The notes below the pieces were generated by a model. The model made no database searches. It was given only the letters and a program-made list of their open reading frames with translations, and was not told the origin of the DNA. Below are positions 21,680 through 34,350 of a DNA stretch of 64,000 bases, piece after piece. The stretch covers positions 3,906,001 to 3,970,000 of the forward strand of contig JBNRSN020000013.1 of assembly GCA_051313645.2 (NCBI GenBank), read 5' to 3'. This DNA is from Centroscyllium fabricii. Taxonomy: Eukaryota. The translations under genes were made by a program, and so were the position numbers. Within the stretch, counting starts at the first letter, position 1. Each line of letters begins with the position of its first letter.

Positions 21680-23510
21680 GAAGAGATGTCTGGGATTTTT
21701 CTCTTATTACGCGCAATGGGTTCGCCAGTTCGCGGATAAGGCCGGACCGCTCCTCAAGGCTGCCGTCTTCCCCCTCTCGGTAGAAGCCCACACGGCGTTC
21801 GCCCGGATCAAGGAAGATATTATCAAGGCGACCATGCACGCCGTTGATGAATCCATCCCTTTCCAAGTGGAGAGTGACGCTTCGGACTTTGCCCTTGCCG
21901 CCACCCTGAATCAGGCAGGCAGGCCCGTAGCGTTTTTCTCCCGCACCTTACAGGGACCCGAAATTCGCCACTCTGCAGTGGAAAAGGAGGCCCAGGCCAT
22001 CGTGGAGGCCGTGCGCTACTGGCGTCATTACCTGGCCGGTAAGCGTTTTACCTTGCTCACCGACCAACGGTCGGTCGCGTTTATGTTTAACAATAAACAA
22101 AAGGGTAAAATCAAGAATGATAAGATCCTGCGGTGGCGGATCGAGCTCTCGACTTACGAGTACGACATTCTTTACTGACCATGCAAACTCAATGAACCCC
22201 CGGACGCACTGTCCAGGGGAACGTGCGCCAGTGCCCAGCTTGACCGGCTGAAGGAACTCCACGATCGCCTCTGCCACCCGGGTGTCACCAGACTTGCCCA
22301 CTTCGTAAAATCCCGTAGCCTCCCCTACTCCATCACGGAGATCAAGGCTATGACCCGAGAGTGCCCTGTTTGCGCCGAGTGCAAACCCCAATTTTTCAGG
22401 CCAGACACGGCGCATCTAATTAAGGCCACCCGCCCCTTTGAACGTCTAAGCGTGGACTTCAAAGGCCCCCTCCCCACCACCGACTGCAACTCGTACTTCC
22501 TCACGGTCGTAGACGAGTTCTCCCGCTTCCCCTTCGCCTTCCCCTGCCCAGATATGACGAGCGCAACGGTGATCAAACACTTCACCACGCTGTTCGCCAT
22601 TTTCGGTCTCCCCAGCTACATCCATAGCGACCGGGGGGCGTCGTTCATGAGTGACGAACTGCGCCAGTTTCTGCTCCAGAAAGGGGTTGCCTCGAGCAGA
22701 ACGACCAGTTACAACCCCCGGGGGATCGGCCAGGTAGAAAGGGAGAATGTGATCATCTGGAAGGCGGTCACCCTGGCCCTGAAGTCCAGAGGCCTTCCAG
22801 TGTCCTGTTGGCAGGCAGTCCTCCCTGATGCGCTGCACTCGATACGCTCTCTGTTGTGTACGGCCACCAACGCCACACCTCACGATTTAATTTTTTCATT
22901 CCCCAGGAAGTCGACTTCGGGGACAGCCCTTCCACTGTGGCTCACGATGCCGGGGCTGGTCTTGCTTAGGAAGCACGTCCGCGGCCATAAGACCGACCCC
23001 CTGGTAGACAAGGTGCAGCTGCTGCACGCCAATCCGCAGTACGCGTACGTACAGTTCCCGGACGGGCACGAGGACACCGTCTCCATCAAGGACCTAGCGC
23101 CCGCCGGGAGCACCACAGCAGAGCCCCTGGTCGGGCAGCAGCCCGCCCAGCCACTATATTTTGGCCACCTCCAGCCACTACATATCGACCACTGGCCGAT
23201 ACACGACCCACAACCCACCGGAGGCTGGCCGCCACTACCGCATGGTTCGGAGCCCCCGCCATGGCCAGCTGAGGACCAAGACTCGGATGACCAGCTGCAG
23301 GCACAGCAGCAACCGCAGGGCTCAGACCCACCGCCACCACCAGCACCTACAGTACCGGCACCAGCGCCGCCGTCACCACCACCGGCTCCAGCGCCGCCGA
23401 TGCTGCAGGAACCGGAACATTCGACAGAGACCCGGCGGTCCTCCAGACAGACGCGACCGCCGGATAAGCTAATCATGAACTGCTCTGTCCATTCACACCG
23501 CCGGACTTGA
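21680..23510 (+). pseudogene. pol: Element A pol, RNase H and integrase part; internal stop at 22176
   Basis: VESDASD, EKEAQA, CPVCAECK, SVDFKGP and HSDRG motifs; CGA-to-TGA relative to C. Confidence 0.9.
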
Positions 23511-24974
23511 TTTTCAAAGAAGGGGTGAATATGGTAACCGTTGTATATACTATTATTACCACCCTAATATTGTCACCAATATTATATGTATGTATAGCGG
23601 TCGGGTGCATGATGCAACTGTCCTGTATTGCGACACTGTCGTGGGGCCAGGTCAGCCACACCTCTAACTCCTCCCCTCAGGTGAGTGCCTTATAGGTGGG
23701 GACTGACCGGCCCCCATTCATTCTGTACCTGATGTTCGATCGGAGCGTAGCTCCATTGTAAGCTAATAAAAGCCTTTAGTTAAGGTAACTACGCGTCTTA
23801 GTTTTATTAGACTATTGACGATACGTCAAGTACATCACTGAGGCCGTGCTAATAGTGTTAGACCACTGGTCAAATTATTGTTTGCTGGTATTACCTTCAG
23901 TAACCTATAGTTTAGTTTATGGCTTATATCAGTATTATGCAGGTTTATGAATTCAGACAGTTCTGCAGGGCTAGGGATGAGAGTCATGTGTCAGTGTATT
24001 GGCTTTGATGGTATTGTCATTATTTTACATTCTACCGGTCAATCTCACAGGATGTGAAGATCAAGTGTAGTCTTCAGGTGAAGTGCGGTCAGAGGGCGAA
24101 CGATAATTTGACCTGGGTATGCAGATGTAATTCGAGTCCCCCATTTTATATTCATACTTATTTTGATTTTATATTATTGCTCATACCCCTGTAGTGAAAT
24201 AGCAAAAGCTAGGGCAATACAGGCTGAGGAGCTGAACAGAGGTGCTACTGCACCACCACTGGTGGGAGGATGTAATTACACCGTAACACATTAAGCAGTT
24301 TTCATTCTAAATGAGGACATAGGAACTTATAATGGGAATGTTGGCAGAAATGTGGCAACAGGTAGTAAGTTAGACTCTCTGTGAGCCTTCAAGAGAGCAC
24401 TGGACCAGTTACTGATTGGGGAAAAATGATCACATCTTATAAAAGGTAGGTTTTGTAGATCAAAAGTGGACATTGTTATAAGATTTTTAATACATTGTAG
24501 GTATATTTATTCATACTTGTGGTTTAATTGCACGGATATTTGATATATGGTAATCTTTATTTATGTTTGTTATGTTCTGTATTCTACAGCAGAGAGTTCC
24601 AACCCATGATCCACATTCCAAATGATGCCCCTCAGCCTTGCCACTTCAGCCTTTCCTATCCAGGTAACTTAGTCCATTTGTGTTTATATCTCTTTCTGGC
24701 AGGTTTGAATTTCTCATGGCTGGAGGTTTGGAAGGTCTATTTTTAGCACCGTTACATAATTGGAGGATAAATTCTGAATCAGAACACCGAGATCTGTCAG
24801 TATCAGCAACCTGTGATATCTGCAAATCAACGGGAACACACATTTGAACTTTGTGGGTGGTAATCTGGTGTGGCAGATCGCCATCCTATATAGAACCTGT
24901 CTTTTATTCCTTTATAGATCCCGCCTGATTTTTATTCCATAATAGGCCTAGGCGGTGAAGAGGAAAATCTATGA

Positions 24975-26951
24975 CAAAGTGCCACATAATAGGCTCGCCA
25001 GCAAAACTGAAGCCCATGGAATAAGAGGGACAGTGGCAGCATGGATATGAAATTGGCTAAGTGACAGGAAACAGAGAGTAGTGGTGAACGATTGTTTTTT
25101 GGACTGGAGGAAGGTACACAGTGGTGTTCCCCAGGGGTCGGTTCTAGGACCACTGCTTTTCTTGATATATATTAATGACTTGGACGTGGGTGTACAGGGC
25201 ACAATTTCAAAATTTGCAGATGACACAAAACTTGGAAGTATAGTGAACAGTGAGGAGGATAGTGATAGACTTCAGGAAGACAGAGACAGGCTGGTGAAAT
25301 GGGCAGACATGTGGCAGATGAAATTTAACGCAGAAAAGTGTGAAGTAATGAATTTTGATAGAAAGAAAGAGGAGAGGACATATAAACTAAATGGTACAAT
25401 CCTGAAGTGGGTGCACAAACAGAGAGACCTGGGGGTTATATGTGCACAAATCATTGAAGGTGGCAGGGCAGGTTGAGAAAGCAGTTAAAAAGGCTTCTGG
25501 GATCCTGGGCTTCATAAACAGAGGTATAGGGCTGGATTTTCATTGAGGAGACGGGTAGGAGGCGGGACTACAACTTTCGGGGTTGTGGTCCCGCCTCCAT
25601 CGCGTTCTAGCCAAGCCACACGATTTTGACTTGATTGACCTGGTTGAGTCCGCCCAGCAGGCTCAGAAGGCCAATTAAGGGCCACCCAGCAACAAGTGAC
25701 ATCACAGATTGATATTTCATCTGTCAAGACCTTTTAACAGATGAAATATCAGTGCTTGACAGCTGTTTGAAGCTGTCAAACACTGACAATCTGTACTCCA
25801 GGTGAATTCCTTCCTCTCAGGATGATTTGGAGAACTCCCTGGAACAGAAAGCTGAATGCTGGAACTTTTGACAGTTCGCGGCCATTTTGCTTTCTGTGCC
25901 GGTGAGATGAGGGACTCCCGAGACCTGAGGAAGGAAGCCTGTAAAGGTAAGTAAAGGTTAGTAGAACTTCTTTAAACACTTTACACAGACCAAACACACT
26001 TACCTCTGCACTCATGCACCCATCACTCACCTGAACACCGGACATCTAGACTCCTCCAAACCCTTCATCCCGACGGCCCGTCTCGCGAACTTGGCGTGGT
26101 TTGGAGCCGTCGGGAATCCCACATTTCACCAATGAAAGTAGGGATTAGGCTAAAAACTGCCTGTTAACTAACTGTTAACAGGCAGTTAATTGGCACTATT
26201 CCGCTTCCTGCCTCGGGGAGGCGGGTCCCAGTGCGGGGCGGGTACCCACCTCCTTTGAAACTGGCATGGAGGTGGGTTGGGGGCGGGATGGGTTCATGCC
26301 CCCCGATTTCAGGATTTTAACCCCCCGCACGCCTCCAATCCCGCCTCCATGGCCCAATGAAAATCCTGCCCTACAAAAATGTGGAAATTATGATGAACCT
26401 GAATAAAACAGTGGTTCACCCCAACTGGAGAACTGTGTCCAATTCTGGGCATTGGACTTTCGGAAGGATGTGAAGGCCTTAGAGAGGGTGCAGATAAGAT
26501 TTACGAGAATGATTCCAGGAATGAGGGATTTAGTTATGTTGATAGACTGGAGAAGCTGGGGTTGTTCTCCTTGGAGCAGAGAAGATTGAGAGGAGATTTG
26601 ATAGAGGTATTCAAAATCATGAGGGGTCTGGACAGAGTAGAGAGAGAGAAACTGTTCCCATTGGCAGGAGGGTCGAGAACCAGAGGACACAGATTTAAGG
26701 TGATTGGTAAAAGAACCAAAGGCGACATAAGAAAAAACTTTTTTACGTAGCGAGTGGTTAAGATCTGGAAGGCACTGCCTGAAAGGGTGGTGGAGGCAGA
26801 CTCGGTCTTATCTTTCAAAAGGGAGTTGGATAAGTATCTGAAGGAAAAGAATTGCAGGGCTTTGGGGCAGGGGAGTGGGACTAGCTGAGAGTCAGCATGA
26901 GCTCGACGGGCCCAGCGGCCTTCTTCCATGCAGTAACCATTCTACGATTCT
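24975..26951 (+). mobile_element. 5'-truncated CR1 LINE split by a MITE
   Basis: GVPQGSVLGPLLF, KFADDTK and RRLRGDLIE motifs; 3' tail ATTCTACGATTCTA. Confidence 0.92.
25529..26371. mobile_element. MITE, 843 bp, with 17-bp TIR and TA target duplication
   Basis: GGGCTGGATTTTCATTG versus CAATGAAAATCCTGCCC (1 mismatch); TA on both sides; cleanly interrupts the CR1. Confidence 0.85.
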
Positions 26952-27392
26952 ACCTCTATATGTGGTTGTGAGTCCCTCTACAGGAGGGTGGTGATTACTC
27001 TTTGTACTATTCTTGGTGACGTGGTTACCACATTGTGTGTGACCGAAATAACGACCTCGTGGACGAGTAGTTAGGAAGAGAAACAATGCGGCTTTTATTA
27101 ACTAAATGGTGGGACATGCACCAGCTAGTCGACTGTCCCCAGGTATGGCCGGGGGATGGGAGACGGCCACTTATGTACCCTCTCCAGGGAGGGAGGAGTC
27201 ATGGGCGGAGCCAACCTGGGTATGTCCCGGTAATCGTATAACAGGTTTATGTACAACATGGTATTAGGTACGATTACATCGATACAGGCAGAGTAAGTAT
27301 ATAAAACAAGAACAGTGAGAAACAGTGGTTTATCACATTCACCCCTTCTTTAAAACAAAAGTCCGGCGGGGTGAAAGGAACAGTTCTTTTAT

Positions 27393-30300
27393 TTATAAAT
27401 TAAGTCGCTCCGGCGGTCTGGTGACCCTTGTCGAGCGTCGTACCGCTGGTGGTGTCTGCGGTCGCGGAGTGGCCGGCCGAGTCGGTTGTAGCGATGGTGC
27501 TGATGCCGGTTGGCGAGCGGTGATCGTCGGTTGGTTTCTGGGTGGTGGTGCCCTTATTCTGACAGTAGGAGGCGCGCTCTCTCCCTCGTCGTCTGACTCT
27601 AGAGGGCGTGCGCTGTGGAGCCATGCTGGGGGCCATGCCGTGCTGCTCGCAGGTGCCGGGTGGGCGTACTGGGGTACTGGGTCCACGTGCCGGGGAGCGT
27701 ACCTTGGCGCCGGTGGCTGGGATGGCGTGACTGGGCGTCTTGGGTGCGCTGGCTGCTGGGCGGGGCTTCTTGGGTGCGCGGGCTGCTGGGCGGGGCTTCT
27801 TGGGTGCGCGGGCTGCTGGGCGGGGCTGGGTTTGGGGACTCCCGCTGGTGCCAGGTCCTTGATGGACACTGTGTCCTCCCTCCCGTTGGGGTACGCCACG
27901 TAGGCGTACTGGGGATTGGCGTGCAGGTGGACCCGTTCGACCAGTGGATCTGCCTTGTGGCCCCTCACATGCTTCCGTAGTAGGACCGGTCCCGGGGATA
28001 GCAGCCATGATGGTAGCGAAGTCCCGGAAGCCGACTTCCTGGGGAAGGCAAAAAGTCGTTCGTGAGGGGTGGCATTAGTGGCAGTACACAGGAGGGACCG
28101 GATAGAGTGGAACGCTTCAGGGAGGACGTCCTGCCATCGGGAGACTGGGAGGTTTTTAGACCGTAGGGCTAACAGGATGGCCTTCCAGACAGTGGCGTTC
28201 TCCCTCTCTACCTGCCCGTTCCCCCGCGGTTGTAGCTGGTAGTTCTGATAGTCGCGATGCCTTTGGCTAGCAGAAACTGATGCAGCTCGTCACTCATAAA
28301 GGATGCTCCCCGGTCACTATGAATATAGTTGGGATAGCCGAACAGGGAGAAGATGCTGTGGAGGGCTTTGATGACCGTGGCGGAGGTCATGTCCGGGCAG
28401 GGGATGGCAAAGGGGAAGCGGGAGTACTCATCGATCACATTAAGGAAGTACACATTCCTGTTGGAGGAGGGAAGGGGCCCTTTGAAATCGACGCTGAGTC
28501 GTTCAAAGGGGCGAGTGGCTTTAATCAAGTGCGCCCGGTCTGGCCAGTAGAAGTGCGGCTTGCACTCCGCGCAGACCTGGCAGTTGCTGGTCAGGGTCTT
28601 GACCTCTTCGATAGAGTAGAGGAGGTTGCGGGACTTCACGAAGTGAACCAACCTGGTGACCCCCGGGTGGCAGAGGTCATTGTGAAGGGTTTGGAGGTGG
28701 TCTGTCTGTGCGCTGGCACAGGTACCGCGGGATAGGGCGTCTGGGGGTTCGTTAAATTTCCCGGGCCGGTACAAGATATCATAATTAAACGCGGAGAGTT
28801 CAATTCTCCACCTCAATATCTTGTCGTTCTTGATTTTACCCCGCTCTTTGTTGTTGAACATAAAGGCGACTGAGCGTTTGTCAGTCAACAGGGTAAAACG
28901 CTTGCCGGCCAGGTAGTGCTTCCAGTGACGCACTGCTTCAACGATGGCCTGGGCCTCCTTCTCGACTGAGGAGTGACGGGTCTCGGGGCCCTGGAGGGTA
29001 CGTGAGAAGAAGGCCACTGGTCTGCCCGCCTGGTTAAGGGTGGCGGCCAGGGCAAAGTCCGATGCATCGCTCTCTACTTGAAATGGGACGGACTCGTCTA
29101 CAGCGTGCATCGTGGCTTTTGCGATGTCATTCTTAATGCCGCAGAACGCCGAGCTGGCTTCTGCGGACAGGGGAAAAGAGGTAGATTTAAGCAGTGGGCG
29201 AGCTTTGTCCGCGTAATTGGGGACCCACTGGGCGTAATATGCAAAGAACCCCAAGCACCGTTTAAGGGCCTTGGGGGAGTGGGGGAGGGGGAGCTCCATG
29301 AGGGTGCGCATGCGGTCCGGGTCGGGACCGATGACCCCATTCTCCACAACACTGCCGAGGATGGCCAGGCGGGTGGTACTGAACACGCACTTTTCGGTGT
29401 TATAGGTCAAATTAAGTGTTTTGGCGGTGTGGAGAAATTTCTGGAGGTTGGCGTCGTGGTCCTGCTGATCGTGGCCGCAGATGGTCACGTTATCGAGGTA
29501 CGGGAAAGTGGCTCGCAGCCCGTACCGATCGACCATTCGGTCCATCTCCCTTTGGAAGACCGAGACCCCATTCGTGACGCCAAACGGGACCCTAAGGAAG
29601 TGGTAGAGGCGACCGTCAGCCTCGAAGGCTGTATAGAGACGGTCCTCTGGGCGGATGGGGAGCTGGTGATAAGCGGACTTGAGATCGATGGTGGAGAACA
29701 CCCTGAACTGTGCGATCTGGTTCACCATGCACGCTATCCGGGGAAGGGGGTAGGCATTTAACTGGGTGAACCAATTTATGGTCTGACTGTAGTCAACGAC
29801 CATCCGGTTCTTCGCTCCGGTTTTGACCACCACTACCTGCGCCCTCCAGGGGCTATTACTGGCCTCGATAACCCCCTCCTTCAGGAAGCGCTGCACCTCG
29901 GACTTAATAAGGTCGCGCCTACTCTTGGTGGCGACGGGCTTGCAGTCTGGGGTGAGGTTGGCAAAGAGCGAGGGAGGGGCGACCTTAAGGGTCGAGAGGC
30001 CACAGGTAGCGCGCCGGGGGTGCTGCGCTGAGCGCCGGTTGCTGACCGTGAGCGAGGGAAGGGGCCCACCGTACGCCATGGTAACACTCTGGAGGTGGCA
30101 CTGGAAGTCCAGGCCCAATAGTAATGGAGCGCAGAGCTGCGGCAGCACAAAAAAACTAAAATTATCAAAGTGCGCGCCCTGTACAGTTAGGGCCACTGCG
30201 CAACGCCCGGAGACGTCCGCAGATTCCGATTTAGAAGCCATCGAAATTCTTTGGCTCGCAGGTATAACCTTAAGGGAGAGGCGCTCTACTGTTTCGGGAT

Positions 30301-31390
30301 GAATAAAACTCACCGTGCTCCCACTGTCGAAGAGACACACCACTTCTTGTCCGTTCACTTCCACAGGCATCGTCGATTTCCCCAGTGATTGGGTCTTGTT
30401 CTGGTCAAGAGTTACTGATGCTAAGATTGGGTCAGCCGATTCCTCTTGATCCGCAGAGTAGTCCTCCGGGGCCGGTCCCCAAGATGGCTGCCGCCATGTG
30501 GTGTACTGCGGAGGGGGTGGCTGGGTCCAATATGGCGACTGCTGCCATGCGGGGAACTGAGTGGGGGATGGTTGAGTCCAATATGGCTGCTCCCATGTTC
30601 CACATGCGGCGCTGCCCGGTTTCGGTTTTGGGGTTGATGTGGACGCCTTACAGACTTTGGCGTAATATCCTTTTTTTCCACATTTCGAGCAGGCCGCTTC
30701 TCTTGCTGGGCAGTTACGTCTCGAATGCTGAGACTGCCCGCAGAAGCAGCATTTAGCCGTCTTCGCGTGAGCGGCTGCGATCATCTCTTCCGCCGGCCGT
30801 TGCGCCGGCGTTGTCCAAGATGGCGGGGCTAGGCCCGTATAGTTGCCGGAATACGATGAGAGATTTAGCGAGGCCACGTCCAGCGCGTGTCCCAGATCCG
30901 CAGTTGCCTGCAGCTCAAGGCCGTTCTGCTCTAACAGCCTCTGTCTTATATAGTCCGACCTGAGGCCTGTCACATATGCGTCTCTAATGAGACTGTCCGC
31001 ATGGATCGGGGCCGTTAGCGCTCTGCAGTCACAGGCCCGTGAAAGCACTCTCAGCGCTCTTAAAAATTCCACGCTGGACTCACCGGGTTGCTGCTTCCTG
31101 GTGGCTAGGAGATGTCTGGCGTGGACGATATTGGGTGCCCGGTTGTACTCCGCCTTGAGAATCCTGATAGCATCCAAGTATGATGATGCTTCCACTATCA
31201 TGGAGGACACCTGAGGGCCCACCCGGGCATTGAGGAGCCGTCGTTTGTCCTCTTCGGTCACGACGACCGCTGCGTTCGCTCTCAGGTACGTATCGAAAAC
31301 ACTGTACCAGTGTGTAAAAGTGTTTGATGCGCCTGGTGTCCGGGGGTCCAGTTCAAACGTCGCTGGCTTGAGCATGGTATCCATCTTCAA
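27393..31390 (-). CDS. gag-pol: Gag-Pol polyprotein of element D (1060-aa open frame; frameshift in integrase near 28225)
   Basis: CCFCGQSQHSRRNC, LFDSGS, YLDN, SDASD, HHCC, SVDFKGP and HSDRG motifs; the integrase C-terminus continues to 27393. Confidence 0.92.
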
Positions 31391-31452
31391 AATTTAGTTA
31401 ATAAAATTGTGACCGAAATAACGACCTCGTGGACGAGTAGTTAGGAAGAGAA

Positions 31453-31959
31453 ACATAAGAACATAAGAAATAGGAGCAGGAGTAGGCCAATCGGCCCCTC
31501 GAGCCTGCTCCGCCATTCAACAAGATCATGGCTGATCTGATCCTAACCTCAATTTTATTTTAACTCTCCACCCCACCCAAACCCATGTGATCACCTGGGA
31601 GAGGCGAAAAACCAGATAAAAAAAACCAGTAGCCAATTTTGGAGAAAAAATCTGGGAAATTCCTCTCCGACCCATCTAGGCGATCGAAAACTGGTCCAGG
31701 AGATCACATGGCCGATCTGAACCTATCCTCACGTCCACTTACCTGCCCGCTCACCATAACCCCTAATTCCCTTTACTTCCAGGAAACTGTCTATCTCTGT
31801 TTTAAAAATTTTCAAAGTAGTAGCTTCCACAGCTCTCTGGGGCAGCAAATTCCACAGCCCCACCACCCTCTGGGTGAAGAAATTCCTCCTCATCTCTGTC
31901 CTAAATGAGTCACCCCTTATCCTTAGACTATGGCCCCTGGTTCTGGACTCTCCTACCAT
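31453..31959 (-). mobile_element. CR1 3' end inserted in the 5' LTR of D
   Basis: SRTRGHSLRIRG...FFTQRVVGLWN, (TTCTTATG)n tail and long structured 3'UTR; no TSD. Confidence 0.9.
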
Positions 31960-33194
31960 CGGCTTTTATTAACTAAATGGTGGGACATACACCAGCTAGT
32001 CGACTGTCCCCAGGTGTGGCCGGGGGATGGGAGACGGCCACTTATGTACCCTCTCCAGGGAGGGAGGAGTCGTGGGCAGAGCCAACCTGGGTATGTCCCG
32101 GTAATCGTATAACAGGTTTATGGACAACATGGTATTAGGTACGATTACATCGATACAGGCAGAGTAGGTATATACAACAAGAACAGTGAGAAACAGTGGT
32201 TTATCACATTGTGTGAAACTGTTGTATGTGCTATTTTAATAAAGTCATTAATTTGTGTGAAGCAAGTTGTTAAAAGCAGGCTCAGAGTAATTTCTACTCC
32301 CAGTCCCAGGTATTCTAATCCAATTCCATATGGATTCCAAGTTATAAGTGCTCCCCCCTCAGCTCAAATGCTTTTAAGTAAAAGTCTTTGCCTGTTGTGC
32401 ACTGTTAACTGTGGAACTATAGATGTCTGTTAGTGCTTTAAATAATATTATTACATCACATTTGATGCTAAGAGTAACAGTTTTCTGAGACTTATACTGA
32501 GTTCACCTTGAGGAACTGTATGTGCTGGTCTCTTCATTTGGTCATGGGGATTTTCATTCCTCTTTGGGTTCTCATTCGTAATTCTGATTTGATTTTTATT
32601 AAGAAAATTCCCTATCAGTGACTAATTTAAATCTTTTCAGGTGTCTGTTATTTGCTTCGGAGATTATGAGAGTCCTGTCTGTGGTGAATTGATCATTTTA
32701 GTAATATATGTGGGTCTGTGTCAGCTGTTCAAATACATTATTCTTCAAGAGTACTTGTGTTAGTAGATAATTTTATTTATGATTAGATGTCCTGTCTATT
32801 CCTCAAATCATTAAGGTTCTTGAACATTGAGGTGAAGTGTCGTAGGTTTATTAAGCATGTCGTACATGCAATAGTACTTAAACATACGCTTAAAAGATCG
32901 TATTTACAACTGCATCTGGTTTCATTGGGGATTCAAACACGTTCTGAGCTCAGTATCTTCAGCCTTTACAAATCCAAGTACTCACTACAAAGTGCCACTT
33001 TTTATACATTTCTCTCACCCCCTAAATGTGACAATCCACCGTTTCTACATTACATGATTATATAAAAGTTAAAATACAACTCCATATAAGGAGACTTTAA
33101 TTGAATTTGTCCTTTATCAATAACTTCAGTCAATAAACTAATTTTCTTGCTTAACAATTTCCTTTTCTGTTGAGTTAACAACATCTGTTGTTGG

Positions 33195-33290
33195 GGTAAA
33201 AGTGGAAGGGAGGGGAGAGGAGAGGATAGGGAAAAAGAGATGGGGAGGAGAGGGGAGAGAGAGAGGATGGGGTAAAAGAGACGCAGGGGT
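33195..33290. repeat. Purine-rich GA repeat, same unit as 37680-38250
   Basis: GAGAGGATGGGGTAAAAGAG motif. Confidence 0.7.
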
Positions 33291-33430
33291 CAGGGTATAA
33301 CTCCCTTACTTTTGTTGTCTTTATAGTTTCACTCTTATTACATACAATTGGTATTCCAGCAAACAAAACCTTTAATTATAAGTCTGTCTTTGTTTCTGTG
33401 TCATTTGTACCAATGAAAAAGGATGATGTG

Positions 33431-33867
33431 TGATGTAATAATGGAGTCTGATACATCAATAACTTAATCCACTACATTATCACTATGTACAAAGACCGGT
33501 TTTACCATGCTTCCAGGTGAAGCGTTCGCCCATACTGAGCAGTTCCAGTATTTATACTAATAGAAAACAGGAAGTGACATGTACAGAGTTCACCCCTTAG
33601 CCTTCCCCCGGAGGTCTGTTCAATATTACCACATTCTTCCCTCCTGAAAAATTAAAAGGCGGGAATCTTCTTTTTATTCCGTAGTAGCCGAACAAGGAGG
33701 AGACGCACCCGTTTGAGTTCTCGTTGATGGTCCATCCCTATGGACAATGTCTGGGTCTCTGGACCGTTTACTTGCTGTTGGCCATGGGTCAGAACCTGCG
33801 TGGCCTGGATTACCCTGTGAAGTTCACCCCTTAGCCTTCCCCCGGAGGTCTGTTCAATATTACCAGA
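33431..33867 (-). mobile_element. Heavily deleted LTR element, 437 bp: 47 bp of 5' LTR, 3' internal remnant, PPT and 203-bp 3' LTR
   Basis: TSD ATGTG; 45-bp direct repeat (33587-33631 and 33821-33865); PPT AGGAGGGAAGAA; TG..CA LTR at 33633-33431. Confidence 0.8.
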
Positions 33868-34350
33868 ATGTGTACCCAGATCTTTGCAGGGCTATCTCTC
33901 TTTCCACACTCATTATCAAATGATTAAAGTTGTTTGAAACTCCTGACTCAGTGTGCATGTCTGTAAATAAGTTTACTGCAGTGATTGAACCGACCATTGC
34001 TGTAAGGTCAGCCTGGGTTCAATAACTCAGTGGTCACTACTTTAAATTTACTTGTACTTCTCTGCTTAACAAACAAAGATTAAAGGATAACATGACTACA
34101 ATATAAACAAAAATTAATAGTAGTATTACATTAGTAGACTTCAGGGCAGTCTGATTAACCCTTTCCTAACACTTGCATCTTATCGTGGCTGATTGCCCTC
34201 CACGTTAAGCTAATTTTGCTTCTTTTGTTTTCATTATTGCAGGACTGCACCCCAATATTCAGTGGGGTTAAGTGTCGGGGGGGAGGGCATCCTGATCATC
34301 CTCCCTCACTTCCATAGACGGTCCACAGAGGAAAGGCATAAGCATCGTTT

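Larger units (their letters stand above)
10194..23828 (+). mobile_element. Gypsy element A (outer host of the nested complex); 5' LTR 10194-10226 plus 14073-14338, 3' LTR 23530-23828
   Basis: 5-bp TSD AGTAC on both sides; 299-bp LTRs differing at about 3 positions; PPT AAGAAGGGGTGAA; gag-PR-RT-RNaseH-IN order. Confidence 0.95.
27038..32208 (-). mobile_element. Gypsy element D (more distant relative of A/C); 3' LTR 27038-27337, 5' LTR 31408-32208 interrupted by CR1
   Basis: 5-bp TSD TTGTG; 300-bp LTRs with about 7 differences; PPT AAGAAGGGGTGAA. Confidence 0.95.
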
